Shown here piece after piece: positions 15,501 through 20,319 of a stretch of DNA of 20,319 bases (position 1 is the first letter of the stretch; the number at the start of each line of letters is the position of its first letter). Under the pieces are notes generated by a model. It ran no database searches. It saw only the letters and a program-made list of their open reading frames with translations, and was not told the origin of the DNA. Made by a program: the position numbers and the translations under genes. This DNA is from Candidatus Hermodarchaeota archaeon (GTDB lineage: Archaea; Asgardarchaeota; Lokiarchaeia; Sigyniarchaeales; SOKP01): assembly GCA_048885535.1 (NCBI GenBank), contig JBHLLO010000029.1, forward strand, positions 1-20,319, in the 5' to 3' direction.

Positions 15501-16400
15501 ATGTCACTTGAAAGGAGAAAGGAAAAAAAGGGAACTGTAAAGGAAGAAGTTTTACAGGAGAGCAAGTTCAGGCGTTTAGACTTCACTCCTCTAAAGGAAA
15601 AGGAAGAAATTGAAGAAAAAAAGAAGGAAATTCCCCCTCAAATTGATGAGTTAACGGAAATTGAAAAAGAAGTTCTAAAAATTGCGAAAGATATTTTAAA
15701 ACTAAAAAGGTATGATGCTGATTTTGATTTAGAATTAGAAACTGAAGCAGAATTACAAAAATACCCCATAATTGAGAAATTATATGCAAAATGCATAGCA
15801 AAATTAGCTTATAAAAAAGGATATAGTAAAGAAGATATATTTTTGGCTATAAGGAGTTTAGAAGATAAAACATGGATCGTAACAAATGAAAGACGGACGA
15901 AACTGGAAATTTTAAACAATGAAAAATTATTATCTATCCTTAAATTTATTGAATTAAATCCAGGCATTCATGCAAGAGATGAGAAAGTCGAAAAAGAATT
16001 AGAAATAACAAGAACACCATTTTTAAAACATATTATGACCTTGGAAAGATTTAAACTCATTCGTTCAAAAAAGATTGGAAAATCATTACATTATTTTGGG
16101 GCAGAAATCCCTGAAGATTTTGATGAGTTAAAAGTGATTTTTACAAACCCTTTAATCTTAGATATTTTAGAAGAACTCGTAAAAGATGAGTCGGTTTCAA
16201 TATCTAGAATCGGAGAGATTCTTGATGTCTATTCAGGAACTATTCAATATCACATTAAGAAGTTAAAACAACTAGATTTAGTAAAATCTAGTAAAGATCA
16301 AAAAAATCAAACCATAAATATTGTTAATATTGAGTTATTAAAGAAATATAATGAAATTTTCAAAGAACCTGATTTTTCAGCATTACTGAATGGATTGTAA
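15501..16400 (+). CDS. Multi-winged-helix (ArsR/HTH_24-like) transcriptional regulator
   Basis: ILKFIELNPGIH...FLKHIMTLERFKLIRSKKIGKSLHYF and SISRIGEILDVYSGTIQYHIKKLKQLDLV form a tandem wHTH pair typical of archaeal regulators, with a probable third wHTH at the N-terminus. Starts 16 nt after the upstream stop. Confidence 0.85.
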   Translation: MSLERRKEKKGTVKEEVLQESKFRRLDFTPLKEKEEIEEKKKEIPPQIDELTEIEKEVLKIAKDILKLKRYDADFDLELETEAELQKYPIIEKLYAKCIAKLAYKKGYSKEDIFLAIRSLEDKTWIVTNERRTKLEILNNEKLLSILKFIELNPGIHARDEKVEKELEITRTPFLKHIMTLERFKLIRSKKIGKSLHYFGAEIPEDFDELKVIFTNPLILDILEELVKDESVSISRIGEILDVYSGTIQYHIKKLKQLDLVKSSKDQKNQTINIVNIELLKKYNEIFKEPDFSALLNGL

Positions 16401-16425
16401 AGTTTGGATTATTATTTTAGATTGT

Positions 16426-17298
16426 TTAAACTAATACCGATTTTATTTTTGGTAAGGAATTTAACAAAATTTTAAATGCTATGTCAACACCTTTTTCCAT
16501 GTTTGGATGTATTTCATTAGAGTTAAGTAGATCATATTGAGGATGTCCCGGTAAATCAGAGATTGAAAGTATTGATGCTATTTTAATATTATATAACATT
16601 CCGAGTAAAAATAATATTGATGATTCCATATCTATTGCCTTAACGTTAATTGAATCCAAAGCTCTTAAAAATTCAAAAGTTTCACAGAATAAAGCATCTG
16701 TTGTCCAAAGGTCTACTTCAAATGTTCTGATTTGAGAATTAGCCTCATTTAACAATATTTCCTTTATAATTTCATTTGGTTTGGAAATAAATATTGTATG
16801 ATTTCCAGCTATTATATTCTGAATAGTAGATAAAGGATTGTCTATTGATTCTAATTGATTTACTAGACTTGGATTTGATCTAATGTACTGGGGGCTTGTT
16901 CCATCATCACAATAAGCTAATTTTGGTATTACTATACTCCCTATTGTTATATCATCTTTTTCATTTGAAATTCCCCCACAGATATCAATTCTAATAATAA
17001 TTTTAGTTTTGGTCCTTTTTAAACATTCAATATCTAAAGCAGCATTAGGGCACCCAATCTGGGAACGTATTACGCTCACTCTGATTCCATTTAAAACACC
17101 ATTGTAAACCCTACCATGGACAGTTTTATTTTGTAGTTTGTTTATTATTTTTTTCATTACAATTTTTGTCGAAGGTAGAATTACAATTTCATTAACATTA
17201 GAAGGTGCTGTTTCTAAAATCATTCTAACGATTTTCTCATCAACACTGATAAATTTCAACCCAAAATTTAGAATTTCACTTTTTATTTTATTTAACAT
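16426..17298 (-). CDS. PNP/UDP (nucleoside phosphorylase family I) fold protein
   Basis: VYNG.LNG..VSV...IGCPNAA...E.L, IIRIDICGG, IGSIVIP..A..DDGTS..Y, WTTDALF.ET, AIDMESS.LF, ASILSISD. Confidence 0.88.
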   Translation of the reverse strand: MLNKIKSEILNFGLKFISVDEKIVRMILETAPSNVNEIVILPSTKIVMKKIINKLQNKTVHGRVYNGVLNGIRVSVIRSQIGCPNAALDIECLKRTKTKIIIRIDICGGISNEKDDITIGSIVIPKLAYCDDGTSPQYIRSNPSLVNQLESIDNPLSTIQNIIAGNHTIFISKPNEIIKEILLNEANSQIRTFEVDLWTTDALFCETFEFLRALDSINVKAIDMESSILFLLGMLYNIKIASILSISDLPGHPQYDLLNSNEIHPNMEKGVDIAFKILLNSLPKIKSVLV

Positions 17299-17466
17299 AT
17301 TTTATTCGACTTAACTATTAATTAGACTTCAATTATATTTTATAAGTAGCTTGCTAATTAGATTAGAACTTATATTTCTTAATAATAATTTTTAATATCT
17401 TAATAAAATACATTAATCTATAATTATAAATTAGTAGGATACGCAGAATTTTGGTGACGCCTTGGT

Positions 17467-18756
17467 TTGAAAAAGCAATTCATCATTGATAATAAAATCA
17501 CAAATGATTTCATTGAAACTTACACTAAAACAACGTATAGAATTATTGGGAAAAATAAACACACAGCAATTAAACCTTGTCATTGGCTAGAACAAAGATT
17601 AATGACAGGGAGAGAAAATAGAAATTGTTATAAAGGTGTTTTTGGAGTTAAGAGCCATAGGTGTTTACAGAACACACCTTCTTTACCTTTTTGTAATCAT
17701 CAATGTGTTTTTTGTTGGAGAGATATTGAAATGGGGAATCTTGGCAGTGAATTTATTGTTGAGCCAGATGAACCAAAAGAATTAATTGATGAAATGATAC
17801 GTCATCAACAAGATATTATTAAAAATCATTTACCGTTAAGAAGATATTTAGAGAATTATGAAGTAATGATAGATCTTCTGCATTTCATGCTTAAAGATAA
17901 TAGGCACCAAAGTATATTTTCTCTTTCGAAAGCACTTCATATAAGTAGGAATAAAGTAGAAAGAGCTGTAAACCTTCTAAAAAACCAAGAATTCTTAAAA
18001 CCTATTGATTCAACATTAAAAAACTTTAAACTAGAACAGGAAATATCATGTTGTATTGATTCTAGGGATGAAATTGAAATGTTAATCAATAGAGAGTTAA
18101 CATCTCCAGATGAGATTATGCAAACTCACGGTGAAGCAATGTTTCCTAATCATGCGGCTATATCTTTAGACGGTGAGCCATTATTATATCCCTTTATTAG
18201 TGATCTTATCAAGGAATTTAGAAGTAGGAATATGACTACATTTATCGTTACTAATGGAACATTACCTGAGAAGTTAGAAAATTTAAATTCCTTACCTAGT
18301 CAACTTTACCTTACTTTACCAGCATCTAATGAAAAGTTGTATAAAAAAGTCTGTCGTCCAATGACTAAAAATAGTTGGGATAACATCAATAAAAGCCTAG
18401 AGCTATTAGAATCATTTTCTTGCAGAACCTTAGTGAGATTAACTGCCGTTAAAAATTTAAATTTAGATGACGTATTCATTAGAGATTATATAAGATTAAT
18501 TGAAGAGGCTAATCCGAACTTTTTTGAGCTAAAAGGGTTTACTTTGCAAGCAAAAGCTCTTATGATTAAAGAGAGGTTAAAAACGAATATTTCAATCCAG
18601 AATTTCTTTCCAGATTATGGTTATTTAGAAGAAATTGCTCAAAAATTTGAATCACTTGGAAATTTTCCATTAATTTACTCGAATAAAGCAAGTAGAGACT
18701 TTTTATTTGCAGTTAATTGGGATGAAGATAAAGATCCTATAATTAAAGTCCCATGA
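17467..18756 (+). CDS. taw1: 4-demethylwyosine synthase (Taw1/TYW1 radical SAM tRNA-modifying enzyme) with an ~95-aa inserted wHTH domain
   Basis: HTAIKPCHW, CYK..FG..SHRCLQNTP, CNHQCVFCWR (CxxxCxxC), HAAISLDGEP, TTFIVTNGT.P, PSQLYLTL, RT.VRLT.VK, P.F.ELKGF. TTG start preceded by SD-like GGTGA (17453-17457). Confidence 0.93.
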   Translation: MKKQFIIDNKITNDFIETYTKTTYRIIGKNKHTAIKPCHWLEQRLMTGRENRNCYKGVFGVKSHRCLQNTPSLPFCNHQCVFCWRDIEMGNLGSEFIVEPDEPKELIDEMIRHQQDIIKNHLPLRRYLENYEVMIDLLHFMLKDNRHQSIFSLSKALHISRNKVERAVNLLKNQEFLKPIDSTLKNFKLEQEISCCIDSRDEIEMLINRELTSPDEIMQTHGEAMFPNHAAISLDGEPLLYPFISDLIKEFRSRNMTTFIVTNGTLPEKLENLNSLPSQLYLTLPASNEKLYKKVCRPMTKNSWDNINKSLELLESFSCRTLVRLTAVKNLNLDDVFIRDYIRLIEEANPNFFELKGFTLQAKALMIKERLKTNISIQNFFPDYGYLEEIAQKFESLGNFPLIYSNKASRDFLFAVNWDEDKDPIIKVP

Positions 18757-18786
18757 AATTTACTTCATCAAAAATATCTTATTTAT

Positions 18787-19428
18787 CTAACTCAACCTCT
18801 GTGAAAGAATAGAGCTAATAAAGTGATTTAGTTTACCTAAATTTATTTTTCTTATAGCAGAAAAGTCTAAATAAGGTATTATCTGTTCATTTTGATCTTT
18901 AATAAACTCATCAAGATACACGATTTCTATTCCGTACTGTTTAGCACTTTCAATGAAGAATGATATAATTTGAGTTTTCTCTCTATTTGAAATTTTATCA
19001 ATTTTATTAAAAATTAATAGAATTGGAATTTTAAATTCTCTCAAAAATTTCAGCAATTCAAAACTTAAAGGAATAGTATTTCGATTTTCAATGAAATATT
19101 TTTTAAGTTCATCCTCAATTCTGATAATATTAATTATTACCAAAGCAAGAAAATATTCAAAATAATGATTCTCAATATAATTAATTATTTGTTTTTTGAT
19201 ATGCTCTTCCCTCCTTTTACTGGAGCGGTCCATATATCCGAAGCCAGGTAAATCCACGATCTTATAAGAAAGATTATGTTGAGTGATCTGTTTTATCAGT
19301 AATGTACTACCGGGTTTTTTACCAGATTTACCCTTATATTTACTTGGTTGAGGTAGTAAAAGCTTTGTTATTGCACTTTTCCCTACATTTGAATTCCCAA
19401 TAATTAATAGTAAAGGTTTCTCTTTCAT
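18787..19428 (-). CDS. engB: EngB/YihA/YsxC-family ribosome biogenesis GTPase
   Basis: G1 GNSNVGKS, G2 KPGST, G3 DLPGFG, G4 NKID, G5 FSA. Confidence 0.9.
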   Translation of the reverse strand: MKEKPLLLIIGNSNVGKSAITKLLLPQPSKYKGKSGKKPGSTLLIKQITQHNLSYKIVDLPGFGYMDRSSKRREEHIKKQIINYIENHYFEYFLALVIINIIRIEDELKKYFIENRNTIPLSFELLKFLREFKIPILLIFNKIDKISNREKTQIISFFIESAKQYGIEIVYLDEFIKDQNEQIIPYLDFSAIRKINLGKLNHFISSILSQRLS

Positions 19429-19447
19429 AAAGAAGGTTTTGTGTTAA

Positions 19448-20317
19448 TTATATATCTTTAAAATCATCGTTAAGAAACTCTTCAAACATTTTCTTTTGTT
19501 CTTCTTCTTCAATAATGGGTTTAGTTATTATTGGTTCTCCAGCCTGTTCTAATAGCTCTTTTAAAATATCTACTCCGATATTTATCTTAAATTTACCTCT
19601 ACTTACAAATCGAACCACTTGTTTTTCATTCAAGGTTAATCTTAAAATATAACCTAAACCGAAGTAAAATTTATGTTCTGGAATAGGATCGATTGGACTT
19701 TTACTTGTATGTTCCTTTAAAATATCATATAACAATTCTTTACTCGCTATATGATCTTCAGCTTGAAAGACTAAATAATAAAGAGCGTGATACCAAATTT
19801 TATCCCTTTTTTCCTTTATATACTCCAAAAACTTTTCTACAGTTACTATCTCTTTTTCTTCTTCAGCTCTGCGTTCTAGAAGTTCTTGCTTGATTTTTTC
19901 TTCTAATTCTGTTGAGATCATGGATATTGGTTGATCAGTTATAATGGATTCATTTGTGGCTTCAATTTTCTCTTTTTTAACTGATTCAATTGCTTCTTGC
20001 ATATCTTGTAACTCTTCGAAGGGTATTTCTTCCAAATCCGAAAAATCTGAGATCATCGCTTCTCTTTGGGCTAAATATTCATCCAGTTGTCCTACTTCAG
20101 CTTCTTGTTCAGTGTCTTCTAGGTGATCAATTGAATTTATATCAATAATCTTTTCATTAGAAGTTGAAGTCATTTCTTTAACTTTAGAAATTGCTTTTTG
20201 GATATCTTTTAATTCTTCAAGATCAATATCATCTAAATCCGAAAAATCTGTTTCTAGATTCTCCATTTCAGAATAATATGCCTCTAAATCATCTGTTTTT
20301 TGCGAATCTTTCTGATT
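19448..20317 (-). CDS. Hypothetical protein with acidic tandem repeats and a globular C-terminal domain; 5' end probably outside the window
   Basis: The frame stays open upstream of the ATG at 20266 (NQKDSQKTDDLEAYYSE-MENLETDFSDL...) to the window edge, and that extension aligns with the internal repeat. Ends 19 nt before the engB start. Confidence 0.8.
   Translation of the reverse strand, partial: NQKDSQKTDDLEAYYSEMENLETDFSDLDDIDLEELKDIQKAISKVKEMTSTSNEKIIDINSIDHLEDTEQEAEVGQLDEYLAQREAMISDFSDLEEIPFEELQDMQEAIESVKKEKIEATNESIITDQPISMISTELEEKIKQELLERRAEEEKEIVTVEKFLEYIKEKRDKIWYHALYYLVFQAEDHIASKELLYDILKEHTSKSPIDPIPEHKFYFGLGYILRLTLNEKQVVRFVSRGKFKINIGVDILKELLEQAGEPIITKPIIEEEEQKKMFEEFLNDDFKDI
20034..20250. 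repeat. Intragenic direct repeat (16-nt exact core, 201-nt period)
   Basis: AAATCCGAAAAATCTG at 20034-20049 and 20235-20250, encoding DFSD(L) in both protein repeats. Confidence 0.8.
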
Positions 20318-20319
20318 TT

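Noticed and set aside
17825-18120. Taw1 insertion as an intein or intron
   Set aside because: No intein C-terminal His-Asn followed by Cys/Ser/Thr and no LAGLIDADG motif; the frame is continuous and the insert looks like an HTH.
18754-18804. Selenocysteine readthrough at the taw1 TGA
   Set aside because: The enzyme is already complete; readthrough would add only about 15 residues running into the convergent engB gene, and I see no SECIS-like hairpin.
12775-20126. Short ORFs 12775..12978, 13241..13585, 15583..15801, 19693..19893, 19944..20126
   Set aside because: Fully nested antisense to longer genes; no motifs or independent start signals.
20264-20266. ATG at 20266 as the true start of the last gene
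   Set aside because: The frame is open to the window edge, and the upstream residues continue the internal repeat pattern.
1-20319. CRISPR array, tRNA/rRNA genes, IS elements or provirus
   Set aside because: Intergenic gaps are all under ~300 nt and very AT-rich, with no spaced repeats or GC-rich structured RNA; no transposase, integrase or viral hallmark ORFs are recognisable.

Overview
AT-rich, gene-dense archaeal chromosomal segment, most likely from an Asgard archaeon (Lokiarchaeia-like). This assignment is inferred from a TFB, an archaeal-type Taw1/TYW1, an Arf/Rag-like small GTPase and a large pseudo-GTPase/alpha-solenoid protein. Left to right: 5' part of acetyl-CoA synthetase (minus strand, missed by the ORF track); a divergent CoA-transferase-like/GNAT fusion; a PHP phosphatase; a PAP2 phosphatase; an extended Arf-like GTPase; a TFB; a 1243-aa helical-repeat protein; two tandem paralogous hypotheticals; a three-part membrane protein/alpha-beta hydrolase fusion; a Zn-ribbon membrane protein followed by a multi-wHTH regulator; a PNP/UDP-family protein; Taw1 with an inserted wHTH; EngB; and a truncated acidic-repeat protein. 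I saw no tRNA, rRNA, CRISPR array or mobile element. Best leads: (1) an apparently catalytically dead CoA-transferase domain fused to an intact Pat-type lysine acetyltransferase, divergent from acs, suggesting an acyl-CoA-sensing Acs acetylation switch; (2) two eukaryote-like GTPase-fold fusion proteins flanking a divergent TFB; (3) a winged-helix insertion inside the wyosine radical-SAM enzyme. All family calls come from motif recognition by eye; no searches were run.
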